A stretch of 52,497 bases of DNA from an uncultured Anaerolineales bacterium (GTDB lineage: Bacteria > Chloroflexota > Anaerolineae > Anaerolineales > UBA6663), in NCBI GenBank assembly GCA_964443795.1, contig CAYUFY010000001.1:1-52497 (forward strand), given 5' to 3'. The notes beneath the pieces were generated by a model. That model saw only the letters and a list, made by a program, of their open reading frames with translations. It searched no databases and was not told where the DNA came from. The first letter of the stretch is position 1, and the number at the start of each line of letters is the position of its first letter. The position numbers and the translations under genes are program-made. Shown here piece by piece: positions 43,322-52,497 of the stretch.

Positions 43322-45283
43322 TTATTCTTCCAACGTACTGATATCGCCTTCGGGTAAACCTTGCGCGCGCGCTTTGAGCACCCGCCGCATGATTTTGCCC
43401 GAGCGCGTCTTGGGCAATTTATCCACGAAGCGCACTTCCTCGGGGCGGGCGATGGGGCCGAGATGTTTGGCGACGTGTTGACGCAGTTCCTCGGCGAGTT
43501 CGGGGGAGGCGGCGTGGCCCGTGCGGAGCAGGCAGAAACAATGGATGGCGGTGCCCTTGACCTCGTGCGGCAACCCGATGGCCGCCGCTTCCGCGACCGC
43601 CGGGTGACTCACGAGCGCCGATTCGATTTCGGCAGTGCCCAGCCGGTGGCCCGAAACTTTAATCACATCATCCACGCGGCCAATGATCCAATAGTAGCCA
43701 TCCGCATCGCGTTTGGCCGAGTCGCCGGTCATGTATTTGCCGGGATATTTGCTCCAATATTGGCTGACATAGCGGTCGGGGTCGCCATAAATGGTGCGGA
43801 GCATGGCGGGCCAGGGATGCTTGAGAACGAGGTAGCCCTCTTCCCCGTCGGGCACGGGCTTCCCGGCCTCGTCGAGAATCTCGGCTTCTTGGCCGAAGAA
43901 GGGGCGCGTGCCACTGCCGGGTTTGAGGGGCACCACTGGGGTGGGGGTAATCATAAACATGCCGGTCTCGGTTTGCCACCAGGTATCCATGATGGGACAG
44001 CGCTCTTTGCCGATGACGCGGTAATACCACTTCCAGGCTTCGGGGTTAATTGGCTCGCCAACGGTGCCAAGCAAGCGCAGTGAGGACAAGTCATGCTTGT
44101 TGGGCCAGGCTTCGCCGAAGCGCATGAGGCCGCGAATGGCGGTGGGGGCGGTGTAGAACACGGTGATGCCGTAGCGTTCCACGCATTGCCACCAGCGATT
44201 GGGATACGGATAAGCCGGGCCGCCTTCGAACATGAAGGAGGTCGCGCCGTTGATGAGCGGGCCGTAGACGATGTAGGAGTGGCCCGTCACCCAGCCGGGG
44301 TCGGCGGCGCACCACCAGCGGTCGTCGTCTTTCAAATCGAAAACGTATTTGAGGGTGGTGTAGGTGCCTACCATGTAGCCGCCATGCGTGTGGAGGATGG
44401 CTTTGGGCTTGCCGGTGGAGCCGGAAGTGTAGAGGATGTAGAGCGGGTCTTCGGCGTCGAGGACTTCGGTGGCGCATTTGCCATTGGCGATGGGCATGTT
44501 GCACAGTTCGTGATACCAATGGTCGCGGGTCGGGTCCATGGGGATGTCGTGGCCCGTGCGTTTGACGACGATGACGCTCTCGACGGACGGGCATTTTTTG
44601 AGCGAGTCGTCCACGGTGCGTTTAAGCTCGAAGATTTTGCCGTTGATCCACGACCCATCGGCGCAGATGACCAGTTTGCTCTGGCTGTCTTCGATGCGGC
44701 CCTGCAAGGCATCCACCGAGAACCCGGCAAAGACCACCGAATGCACCGCGCCGATTTTGGCGCAGGCCAGCATGGCGAACATGATTTCGGGGATGCGCGG
44801 CAGGTAGATGGTGACCCGGTCGCCTTTTTTCACGCCCATGGCTTTGAGGATGTTGGCAAAGCGGGAGACTTCGCGATTGAGCGCGTAGTAGGAGAAGGTG
44901 CGCTCGGATTTGCCATCCTCACTTTGCCAAATGAGGGCGAGTTTGTTCTTGCGCCAGGTCTTGAGATGGCGGTCAATGGCATTATGCACAATATTGGTCT
45001 TGCCGCCGACAAACCACTTGTAGAAGGGTTTTTTAGAATCGTCCAGCACCTTATCCCAGGGTTTGTACCATTCCAGCTCGTTGGCGCGGTCGGCCCAGAA
45101 GCTTTGCAAGTCTTTGCGGGCATGCGTGTTCAGGGCCTCCCAGTCGGGGACGTTGGCCTGGGCGATGACTTCGGGGGAGGGGTAATAGACATCACCTTCG
45201 AGTTTCGCTTTTTTGGCGGGGGACTTGCTGACAGGCGGGGCTTTGGGTTTGGCTTTTTTGGCGGCGGGCATGGAGACCTCCAA
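43322..45283 (-). CDS. acs: Acetyl-CoA synthetase (AMP-forming) with a Lys/Ala/Pro-rich N-terminal tail
   Basis: [11 protein letters not shown], the W..TD.GW..GH region, [21 protein letters not shown] and the C-terminal [12 protein letters not shown]-terminus: [23 protein letters not shown]. Confidence 0.93.
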   Translation of the reverse strand: MEVSMPAAKKAKPKAPPVSKSPAKKAKLEGDVYYPSPEVIAQANVPDWEALNTHARKDLQSFWADRANELEWYKPWDKVLDDSKKPFYKWFVGGKTNIVHNAIDRHLKTWRKNKLALIWQSEDGKSERTFSYYALNREVSRFANILKAMGVKKGDRVTIYLPRIPEIMFAMLACAKIGAVHSVVFAGFSVDALQGRIEDSQSKLVICADGSWINGKIFELKRTVDDSLKKCPSVESVIVVKRTGHDIPMDPTRDHWYHELCNMPIANGKCATEVLDAEDPLYILYTSGSTGKPKAILHTHGGYMVGTYTTLKYVFDLKDDDRWWCAADPGWVTGHSYIVYGPLINGATSFMFEGGPAYPYPNRWWQCVERYGITVFYTAPTAIRGLMRFGEAWPNKHDLSSLRLLGTVGEPINPEAWKWYYRVIGKERCPIMDTWWQTETGMFMITPTPVVPLKPGSGTRPFFGQEAEILDEAGKPVPDGEEGYLVLKHPWPAMLRTIYGDPDRYVSQYWSKYPGKYMTGDSAKRDADGYYWIIGRVDDVIKVSGHRLGTAEIESALVSHPAVAEAAAIGLPHEVKGTAIHCFCLLRTGHAASPELAEELRQHVAKHLGPIARPEEVRFVDKLPKTRSGKIMRRVLKARAQGLPEGDISTLEE

Positions 45284-45426
45284 GGTTTGAGTAGGGAGTT
45301 AGGATACTTGGGTATTATACGAATGGCGCGGGGTGGGGCAAGTGCGGGGGGGACGGGAGTCTGGGGATAGGAGGGAAGCGGTGGGGCAAGAAAATGTTCG
45401 GGGGCGCGAGCCGCAGTGGGCGCCGG

Positions 45427-46011
45427 TCACGGGCCGGGGTTTTCCAATATCCCCACCACCTGAAACCAGGGTGGGTCAGGGTATGGATTTTTTTCGATGG
45501 TCATGCCGACTTTACGCATCACGCCTTGCGAGGCGAGGTTGTCATAGGTGGTGGTGGCGATGATGCGGCGCAGGTTGAGTTCGGTGAACCCGTAGGCAAG
45601 CATGGCTTGCACGGCTTCGGTGGCGTAGCCGCGCCGCTGGTGGCGGGGCGAGAGGGCGTAGTAAAGGCCGAACTCCGGGGTGAAGCGGATGGAAGGTCCG
45701 GATATTTTTTGGAAGTAGGGCAGTTGGCCGAAAGGGCCGAAAGATTGAACGAAGCCCACCGCGCCAATGAGTTCGCCCGTCTCACGCAAGATGATGGCCC
45801 GGTCGCCATAGGGCGGCTGATAGAGTTTGGCGAGTTCGGTGTAATTGCGCACTGTCCAGTCAAGCCAGGCGCGGCGACTTTCCAAAGTTTGCGCGCCCTC
45901 ACTGCCCATATTCACGTCAGCGAGTTCAATGTCGAGGATGCCGTGAATGGCATCGAGGTCGGTGAGTTCAAATGGGCGGATGGTGAGGCGCGGGGTAGGG
46001 AGGGTGAACAT
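45427..46011 (-). CDS. GNAT N-acetyltransferase (RimJ/RimL-like)
   Basis: L.IRPF...D......I.......G..G......F.PEFG.Y.L.PRHQRRGYATEA..A...YGF..L.L.RI.A.T...N..S..VM.K.GM. Confidence 0.8.
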   Translation of the reverse strand: MFTLPTPRLTIRPFELTDLDAIHGILDIELADVNMGSEGAQTLESRRAWLDWTVRNYTELAKLYQPPYGDRAIILRETGELIGAVGFVQSFGPFGQLPYFQKISGPSIRFTPEFGLYYALSPRHQRRGYATEAVQAMLAYGFTELNLRRIIATTTYDNLASQGVMRKVGMTIEKNPYPDPPWFQVVGILENPGP

Positions 46012-46014
46012 GGT

Positions 46015-47274
46015 TTAGTGAGTGAGTGGGAAAGCCCACCAACCTTTGAGCGTGTAGAGGTCATCGCGATAAATGAGCATATTGGCTTGCGCTTCGGTGA
46101 GACTGGCGGGCCTTTGAAGGACTTTGAGATACCAGCCCCAAGTCTCATGGCCGCAATCGGCTTGCAGGCCGGGGTAACGCGCGTCGAGCGTAGCTTGAAG
46201 TTTTTGGAGGTATGGCCCACAGCCGATGGCTTCATCGAAGGGGGGCGCGCCAATGGAAAAAATGTTGAGGGTCGCGTGGGTGAAGTCAAAATCGGGTGGC
46301 AGGTTGGAGAAGGTCAGCGTGTCGCACCGCCGCCCGTTTGAGTCGGGCTGAGGATGCGTCAGGCGCTCGTAGCCATCGAAATCTATCTCGGTATTCCCGG
46401 CTTCGAGGGTGGCCGACCAAATGCCCCAATTGGAATCACTGAGGAGTTGATAGCATACATCTACGCTGGGTGGGAAAAGCGCGTGTTGAAAATTATCAAT
46501 CATAAAGGCCAGTTCCGCGCTGGGTTGGGTCTGCGCGGCGAGGAGCGTGAGTGGCGCTTGATAGATGAAATCGGCGGCGGTGAGGTTGAAAACCCACGGG
46601 CCCGGGTGCGTGTAATCGGCCTCAATCACTTGGGCGCTGGCGGTCTCGATGATTTGCTGGGCCTCGGCGCGGGTGAGCGTGTTGGGATAAATCCATGGCC
46701 CAACGAGCGGCCCGAGTTCGCCTTGCTCACAATGCACGGTGACACCCGTAGTTTGCGAGTCAAGGTAGCGTTGGACAGTGGGATAAAAACTGTCGCAGAC
46801 TTGCGCCGCGTCTGGGGCACCGACGAGTGCGCGGATGACGAGTTGGATATGAGACAGGTCGGCGGTGACGGGGAGGTGAAAGCTGAGGGCCAGACACCGG
46901 TCGGTGGGGGATGAGGCGGGGAGGATTTCTATGCCCGTTGCAATAATCTGGCCTTGGGTGTAATGGAGGGTAATGTCGTGTGGCATCCACTCGGTGGCAG
47001 TGGGCAAGGTGTAGCAGAGGTCGGCGAGGTATTGTTTTTTGTTGGGGCGATAGTCGGTGTAGCGAAAATTGTCGGCGCGGAGGGTGAGGCCGTTGCTGGT
47101 TTGCGGGGCGATGCTAGGGATGGGCATCACCGTTGGGGGCGCCGAGGCCTGCTGGGCGGGGGGCGTGACGCTCGGGAGCGGGACAACGGTGGGGGTGGGC
47201 GTGGCCGTGCGGGTGCCGCAGGCCGCGAGGGTCAGGCTGATTAAAAAAATTGAGAGACGGGTGTGGTTGGACAT
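46015..47274 (-). CDS. Hypothetical lipoprotein
   Basis: Lipobox LTLAAC|G followed by a Pro/Thr linker. No recognisable catalytic motif. Confidence 0.6.
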   Translation of the reverse strand: MSNHTRLSIFLISLTLAACGTRTATPTPTVVPLPSVTPPAQQASAPPTVMPIPSIAPQTSNGLTLRADNFRYTDYRPNKKQYLADLCYTLPTATEWMPHDITLHYTQGQIIATGIEILPASSPTDRCLALSFHLPVTADLSHIQLVIRALVGAPDAAQVCDSFYPTVQRYLDSQTTGVTVHCEQGELGPLVGPWIYPNTLTRAEAQQIIETASAQVIEADYTHPGPWVFNLTAADFIYQAPLTLLAAQTQPSAELAFMIDNFQHALFPPSVDVCYQLLSDSNWGIWSATLEAGNTEIDFDGYERLTHPQPDSNGRRCDTLTFSNLPPDFDFTHATLNIFSIGAPPFDEAIGCGPYLQKLQATLDARYPGLQADCGHETWGWYLKVLQRPASLTEAQANMLIYRDDLYTLKGWWAFPLTH

Positions 47275-47340
47275 GGCAATAATGAAACCACACTTGGCGA
47301 TGGCGCGGGCGACGCTTGGCCTACGTCTGGGGTATGCAAC

Positions 47341-48528
47341 TCAGATGATTTTGCGACGGCTTTCGAAAACGGGCGCGTTATCTAAAATGCGTTGCGGGGA
47401 AAAGATGGCGAGGTCAATGGTGGGGGCCAGCCCCAGCATAAGCTCGGCGATGTAACGCCCGACGGCGTGGGCTTGTTGGAAACCGTGGCCCGAGAAGCCG
47501 TTGGCGCAGTAGAGACCGGGCAGGGTCGGCCATTCGCCGAGGATGGCGTTGCCGTCGAGGGCGTTGACTTCGTAGAGGCCTGCCCACCCGCCGGTGACGC
47601 GGAGGCGGTCAAAGGAGGGCATGACATCAACGATCGCCGGCCAGACCACTTCTTCGAAACGGGTTTTGTGCCAGTTGAAATCGGTGGTGGTCACAGGGTC
47701 GTCGGCCAATGATTTGCCGGTCATGAAACGCCCGTCACCTTCGTGGATGCAGTAGAGGCCGCCGGGGAAGAAAATGGCCGGGAGGATGTGCTCGGGGCGG
47801 GCGCTGGTTTCGATGATGGAGACTTCGCGTTTGGTGGGGACCACGGGCAGATCGGCGCCAACCCGGCGCGCCAGGGCGGCGGCCCACGCGCCCGATGCGT
47901 TGAGGACCGCCCGCGCGGTCAGCGTCTCGCCGGTGGTGAGGCGGACGCCGCTGAGACGGGCATCGGTCTTGATTAGTTCAGCGACTTCGGCGTGGATGAA
48001 GTGCGCGCCCAGGGACACGATTTTGTTTTTGTAGCCGAGCAAGACGGCGAGCGGGGACATGGTGCCATCCTGCTGGCCAAAGGTCGCGCCCACACAGCCT
48101 GCTAGGTTGTAGAGTGGGAAGAGGGCCTGAACTTGGGGCGGGGTGAGCCAGTCCACCTGACAACCGAGACTCTGTTGCAAGGCCAGCCCCGCCAGGCTTT
48201 CCGCGTGGCTGGCTTCATCCACGATGAAGAGGTTGCCTTGCTGACGAAAGGCCGGGTCGGGTTTGTCATCGCCCACGGCCATCTCCTCGCCGAAACGCGC
48301 CAGGACTTCCAGCCCGTATTGGGACATGCGGATGTTTTCTTTGATGTTGAACTGGATGCGGGTGTTGCCGTCGGAGAGCGGGGTGGAGGCGCGGGCGTAA
48401 GTCGGGTCCATTTCCACCACGGCCACGCGCAGGCGGGGGTCATGTTTGAGCAGGTAGTAGGCGGTGGCACAGCCCATAATGCCGCCGCCGACCATAATGA
48501 AATCGTAAGAGTGAGAATGAGAGGTCAT
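47341..48528 (-). CDS. FAD-dependent oxidoreductase (DAO family, sarcosine-oxidase-beta-like)
   Basis: Dinucleotide-binding motif YDFIMVGGGIMGCATAYYL; 395 aa. Confidence 0.85.
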   Translation of the reverse strand: MTSHSHSYDFIMVGGGIMGCATAYYLLKHDPRLRVAVVEMDPTYARASTPLSDGNTRIQFNIKENIRMSQYGLEVLARFGEEMAVGDDKPDPAFRQQGNLFIVDEASHAESLAGLALQQSLGCQVDWLTPPQVQALFPLYNLAGCVGATFGQQDGTMSPLAVLLGYKNKIVSLGAHFIHAEVAELIKTDARLSGVRLTTGETLTARAVLNASGAWAAALARRVGADLPVVPTKREVSIIETSARPEHILPAIFFPGGLYCIHEGDGRFMTGKSLADDPVTTTDFNWHKTRFEEVVWPAIVDVMPSFDRLRVTGGWAGLYEVNALDGNAILGEWPTLPGLYCANGFSGHGFQQAHAVGRYIAELMLGLAPTIDLAIFSPQRILDNAPVFESRRKII

Positions 48529-48663
48529 GGATGCACCTAAGTTTGACTGGATTGGCGTAGGTCACGCTTATTGCAGTGTTACAAAATAATCACTTAATCA
48601 AGCAGGCCGCGCTCCCATGCGCGGCGGTGTGGGAGCCGCCTCTGCCTTAGGCGATTAACTTTT

Positions 48664-48779
48664 GGTAGTGGTAACAAAGTAAGTGATGGTGCGCTAGACC
48701 TGTCAGGTGGGCGCATTCGGCACTCGAAAAAAACAGCATTTTGCGGCGCCCACCTGACAGGTCTTTCAAATTCACTACC
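48664..48779. mobile_element. MITE-like element (116 bp) with an 8-bp target-site duplication
   Basis: Terminal GGTAGTG (48664-48670) and CACTACC (48773-48779), flanked by direct TAACTTTT (48656-48663 and 48780-48787). Internal perfect 19-bp inverted repeat: AGACCTGTCAGGTGGGCGC (48696-48714) with 48746-48764. Confidence 0.55.
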
Positions 48780-48857
48780 TAACTTTTCAATCTGCAAGCG
48801 AGTTGTCGGGCTACAAGCCCGACCGACATCGGTTGCTCGTTAAATCAGGGAAACGCT

Positions 48858-49265
48858 CTAAGGACAACTCCCGCTGGCCTCATAAAAACCGCCCGCCGCG
48901 CGGGTATAGCAGTCGCACAAATCCAAATGTTCACCCTGGCCGCGCCAGAGGAGAAAATAAATTTGCGTTCGGACACAGACCGGGCCAGCGGTGGCCGTTT
49001 CATCAGAGACGATCCGCGAACTGGAATAGCCGAGGCCACGCTCGTCGCCGCTGGCGGTTTGGTCGGTGATGAGCCACAGCCGATCTTCCACAAATTCTGC
49101 TCGCCGCCAAGTCAGTTCCCCACGCATCGCGAGTAAGAAGAGAAACGCGGGCACGATGGCAAGGCAGAGCAGGGCCAAACACCCGCCGAGACAGCCCCAG
49201 CGCGAGACGGGCTGGTTCATGGGCGAGACCGGGCGCGCTGGGGGTGGGGAAACCGAGGCGGTCAT
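48858..49265 (-). CDS. Hypothetical membrane-anchored protein
   Basis: One TM helix (CLGGCLALLCLAIVPAFLFLLA). No motif recognised. Confidence 0.45.
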   Translation of the reverse strand: MTASVSPPPARPVSPMNQPVSRWGCLGGCLALLCLAIVPAFLFLLAMRGELTWRRAEFVEDRLWLITDQTASGDERGLGYSSSRIVSDETATAGPVCVRTQIYFLLWRGQGEHLDLCDCYTRAAGGFYEASGSCP

Positions 49266-49295
49266 TAGACCTTAGTGTGGGCGTTCAATTGAATG

Positions 49296-49333
49296 CATTC
49301 GTAGGGGCGACGCATGCGTCGCCCCTACGAATG
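49296..49333. repeat. Perfect 38-nt palindrome (REP-like) immediately downstream of the cyclase stop codon
   Basis: CATTCGTAGGGGCGACGCA|TGCGTCGCCCCTACGAATG. Every position pairs and there is no loop. Confidence 0.95.
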
Positions 49334-49334
49334 T

Positions 49335-51692
49335 CTATTGATACAACGGCCTGACCCGATGCTCGGGCGGCGCGCCTTTTTCTCCCTGAACTTTGTACAT
49401 GCCCACCGGGACGGTTTTGCCTTTGACCAGGCGACTGTCGCCAAACTCTGCATCGAACTCGTTTTTCACGATTTCGTAAGTGAATTCGGTGATGAGGAGC
49501 GGCCACTGCAAATCTTTGGTCAAGTCCTGCACCCGCGAGGCCAGGTTCACGCCGTCGCCCATGACCGTGTAGTTCACCCGCCGGCCCGAGCCAACCAACC
49601 CCACAAAGACTTCGGCGCTGTTCAGGCCGATGCCCATTTCCAACTTGGAGGGTTTGCCCTCGCTCTCCCACTTCTGGCGGAGTTTGTCCAATTCCAGGCG
49701 CATCTCAATCGAAGCCCGCACCGCGCGCTGGGCGTGATCTTCGTAGGCGATGGGCGCGCCGAAGAAGGCCATAATCAAGTCACCTTCATATTTGTCCACC
49801 GTGCCGCCATGCTTGTGGATCACTTCGGTCATGATACCGAGATATTCATTGAGGGTCTCAACCAATTGCTCTGGGGTCATCTTTTCGGACATGGTGGTAA
49901 AGCCGCGAATGTCGGAGAACAGAATCGTCAACGGGGCGCGTTTGCCGCGCATGGCATCCACGCCCTGGTCAATGAGCTGGCCGACCATCTCGGGCGAGAT
50001 GAACATTTCGAAGATGCCGCGCACCCGGCGTTTTTCCAATTCCTCGCTCACGGCGTGTTCGAGCGTGGGCACCACGTAGGCCACAAACATGGTCCCCAGG
50101 GGCGCTATCACCGGGATTTCGGTGTTGAAGCCAATGAAGGCGATCAACCACACGATCACGCCGGCGATCATCAGGCCAACCAAACCGGCAATGGCCAGGT
50201 TGGTCCGGCGGATGAGTGTCAGGCCAAAGGCCAGCAAACCGGAGATGAGAATGCTGAGGAACATGATGCCGCGCGCCACCACGGGGCAACCGGAGCACAC
50301 GCCTGAGTTCAAGTAAATGTGCTCGCCGCTGAGGATGGTGTCAAGCGCGTTCGCCATGATCTCCACCCCCGGCACGCCCGGTGGATTGCGCGGCACAAAC
50401 GGCGTGGCAAAAATGTCGTGCAAGGATTGGGTGGTCGCGCCAATGAAGACGATCTTGTCTTGGAAGGTTTCCAGCGGCAGGTCGCCGTTCACGACTTGCA
50501 TGGCCGAATAGGTGGGGAAGCTTTTTTCGGCGCCCCGGAAGTTGACGCGCAAGGCCCCATAGGTGAGCGGGATTCTTTGCGGGCCGAGCGTAAACCCGCT
50601 GCCGGTGGGCTGGTTGTCCAGTGTTTGGCCGCTATACAGCGCGGCGGCCACGATGGGCCAGGAATAGAGCACCCGGTCATTGGTTTTATCCCAGGCTTGG
50701 ATGCTGTGCACCACGCTATCGGCGTCCGCGCCAATGTTGGTGATGCCGAACCCGGCGGCGGCCTCGCGCAAAATGGCGATGGGTTGCCGCAGGGTCTCGA
50801 CTTGCGCGCCCGATTGTTCCGAGCGGGCCACTTCGCCATTGAGGATGACGTTACCCGCGCTGTGCATGGCCGCGGCCAACGCGGCATCGCCGAATTGCAC
50901 GGTCACGCTATCCCCGGCGGTTAGCGGGTCGGCGGCGGGGTTGCCGTCAATATCCAGCAAGGCCAGCGGGTTCACTTGATAGAGCGCGGCAATACTGGCG
51001 ACGGTCTCCCCGGCCTGGACGGTGTAAGCCACCGTCTCACCCGCAGGGATTTGCAACAACTGCGAGGGGCGCAAATCGCACGAGTCGTCGAGATTGTTGC
51101 GTTGCATCAGCAGGTCTTCGGAGACTTGATAGCGCGCGGCGAGGTCGGCGAGGGTGTCGCGCACGACAATATAAGTTTGCTCGGGGTCAGTGGGGATGAC
51201 GAGTTCCTGCCCCCCGCACACGCGCCCGTTGCCGTCGAGGCCGTTGCGTGCGATGAGGTCGGGGGTGGTCACGCCGAATTGTTTGGCAATCTCGGTGAGC
51301 GCATCGCCTTGCACGGTGTAGGTGGCGGGCGAGCCGAGCGCGCCCGGCTCAAAGAAGAAAACGTCGAAGGCGATGGCTTTGGCGCCCCCGGCGGCCAGCC
51401 GGTCCACGATTTGGGCGAGATAGGTGCGCGGCCACGGCCATTGCAGGCCGGTGATGGACAGGGAATCGTCGTCAATGGCGACGATGATGGCCGGGCCGTA
51501 AGGCGGTTGCCCGCCGCGCCGCTGAAAGGCCCAGTTCACGGCGTTGAGTTCCAGTCCATCCAGCAAGCCAAAGGCGCTGGCGCCGAGCAATAAAACCAGG
51601 ACGGCGGCGATGAGCAGGATGCTTTGACGGCGGATTTGGAATTTGCGCGCGCCCGGGGTGGGGGTGGCGGCGCGGACGGGGGAGGGTTTCAT
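49335..51692 (-). CDS. CHASE2-sensor class III adenylate/guanylate cyclase with three LysM modules inserted in the sensor domain
   Basis: CHASE2 start (IIVAIDDDSL...WPWPR...AFDVFF), three LysM motifs (aa ~124-266), TM helices and the cyclase domain (LFSDIRGFT...KYEGD..MA.FGAP...GD.VNLASR). Confidence 0.85.
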   Translation of the reverse strand: MKPSPVRAATPTPGARKFQIRRQSILLIAAVLVLLLGASAFGLLDGLELNAVNWAFQRRGGQPPYGPAIIVAIDDDSLSITGLQWPWPRTYLAQIVDRLAAGGAKAIAFDVFFFEPGALGSPATYTVQGDALTEIAKQFGVTTPDLIARNGLDGNGRVCGGQELVIPTDPEQTYIVVRDTLADLAARYQVSEDLLMQRNNLDDSCDLRPSQLLQIPAGETVAYTVQAGETVASIAALYQVNPLALLDIDGNPAADPLTAGDSVTVQFGDAALAAAMHSAGNVILNGEVARSEQSGAQVETLRQPIAILREAAAGFGITNIGADADSVVHSIQAWDKTNDRVLYSWPIVAAALYSGQTLDNQPTGSGFTLGPQRIPLTYGALRVNFRGAEKSFPTYSAMQVVNGDLPLETFQDKIVFIGATTQSLHDIFATPFVPRNPPGVPGVEIMANALDTILSGEHIYLNSGVCSGCPVVARGIMFLSILISGLLAFGLTLIRRTNLAIAGLVGLMIAGVIVWLIAFIGFNTEIPVIAPLGTMFVAYVVPTLEHAVSEELEKRRVRGIFEMFISPEMVGQLIDQGVDAMRGKRAPLTILFSDIRGFTTMSEKMTPEQLVETLNEYLGIMTEVIHKHGGTVDKYEGDLIMAFFGAPIAYEDHAQRAVRASIEMRLELDKLRQKWESEGKPSKLEMGIGLNSAEVFVGLVGSGRRVNYTVMGDGVNLASRVQDLTKDLQWPLLITEFTYEIVKNEFDAEFGDSRLVKGKTVPVGMYKVQGEKGAPPEHRVRPLYQ

Positions 51693-51773
51693 GGGCGCTT
51701 CTCCGGCGAGGGGGCCTATCCCAATCGGTCGAGTCTGGCAGACCCGGCGGATTGGTAGATAGACGCTAAGACG

Positions 51774-52475
51774 CTAAGGCACGGCGGTGGGCGGACAACT
51801 CACATCTTCATAGACCCAGCTCGCGCTGGCGGTTTGTCCATCGGCGGCGGTGACGGTGACCACGCCACTGGCCGGGAAACAATGTTGCGAGGTGATGTCA
51901 AACGCTTGGCCGGGCGCAAAAGTGTAAGGCTCCAATCCGCCAGTGGCCTGCGCCTCGATGTGCATGATGTAGGTGCCTTCTTGCGAGCCACAATTGTTGA
52001 TGCACAACAGGGTGAGGGTGAGGCTGGGCGGCGGCCCCAACGGAATGGGCGAGGCCAACGGTGTTTCGGTGGCGAACGGCAAGCCCGGGTACGGAGAGGC
52101 AAATTGGGGCGCGCATACCGGGCCGGGCAGGATATCGGTCCATTGCACGGCGGGGATGTTCAACACCTGCCCAGTGAAGACAATAAACGGTACGGCGAGG
52201 CTGTTGGCTTGCGCGATGGCGGCGGGCAGAACCCCATAGCCGCGGGCGATGCAGAAGATGGTTTCCCCATTGCCTACCAGATGTTTTCCAATAACAGGCG
52301 CTGGAGGAATGGGAGTAAAGGGCACTGGCGTAATGGTGGGGCGCAACCGCACCGAGGTGGGGGAGGGCACGGGGGTGAGAGTGGGCGGGAGCGGGGTGAA
52401 GGTGAAGCGAGCGTTCTGACCCACTCTGAGCGTCAAGGTCGCCGGCGACCCACCGATGCTCACCGGCTGAACCAA
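51774..52475 (-). CDS. LysM-domain protein (the N-terminus may extend past the window end)
   Basis: LysM motif HLVGNGETIFCIARGYGVLPAAIAQANSL with a Pro/Thr-rich region. The ORF is open almost to the window edge. Confidence 0.6.
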   Translation of the reverse strand: MVQPVSIGGSPATLTLRVGQNARFTFTPLPPTLTPVPSPTSVRLRPTITPVPFTPIPPAPVIGKHLVGNGETIFCIARGYGVLPAAIAQANSLAVPFIVFTGQVLNIPAVQWTDILPGPVCAPQFASPYPGLPFATETPLASPIPLGPPPSLTLTLLCINNCGSQEGTYIMHIEAQATGGLEPYTFAPGQAFDITSQHCFPASGVVTVTAADGQTASASWVYEDVSCPPTAVP

Positions 52476-52497
52476 ATCGTCGGAGAAGGTCAGCGTT

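Noticed and set aside
45314-45341. A possible sigma-70-type promoter for acs: TATAAT on the minus strand at 45319-45314, with TTGCCC 16 nt upstream.
   Set aside because: The -35 match is weak (4/6) and promoter consensus for this lineage is uncertain. It is not reported as a feature.

Overview
High-GC (roughly 60-65% by eye) bacterial chromosomal segment. Its gene content and repeat style suggest a Chloroflexota-like organism, but this is an inference because no search was run. From about 6.5 kb onward almost every gene is on the minus strand.

Main content:
1. An ISAzo13-like insertion sequence (56-1450) sits inside a tandem hairpin repeat.
2. A MrfA/YprA-like DExH helicase with DUF1998 carries an HNH module and several in-frame repeat insertions.
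3. A bacterial microcompartment (BMC) locus spans about 6.5-16.3 kb. It has BMC-H, BMC-T and 2x BMC-P shell genes, an acylating aldehyde dehydrogenase, deoxyribose-phosphate aldolase, RpiB, EutJ, an MFS transporter and a receiver protein, which fits the sugar-phosphate-utilisation (SPU) class. Four proteins carry matching encapsulation-peptide-like helices, and several non-canonical genes are embedded: a degenerate Rieske-like membrane protein, a YgiT zinc finger and a Uma2 endonuclease.
4. Housekeeping genes: lepB, der, cdaA-cdaR, polA, miaB and acs.
5. A compact module (38.5-43.2 kb) links a histidine kinase with an MshEN-like N-domain, a TadZ/CpaE-like ATPase with a pseudo-receiver, a small unknown protein and a CpaF-like ATPase. 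No pilin or platform genes are present.
6. A CHASE2 class III nucleotidyl cyclase has three LysM modules inserted in its sensor domain, and there are two further LysM proteins. One of these contains a 36-nt poly-C tract.

Several repeat families run through the window. AT-rich heptamer tracts form hairpins in BMC intergenic spacers and also occur in frame inside polA and the helicase. There are also GC-rich hairpin elements (some in frame), REP-like palindromes and one MITE-like element with an 8-bp target duplication. I saw no tRNA, rRNA or CRISPR array.

All family assignments come from motif recognition by eye. Start codons are best guesses.
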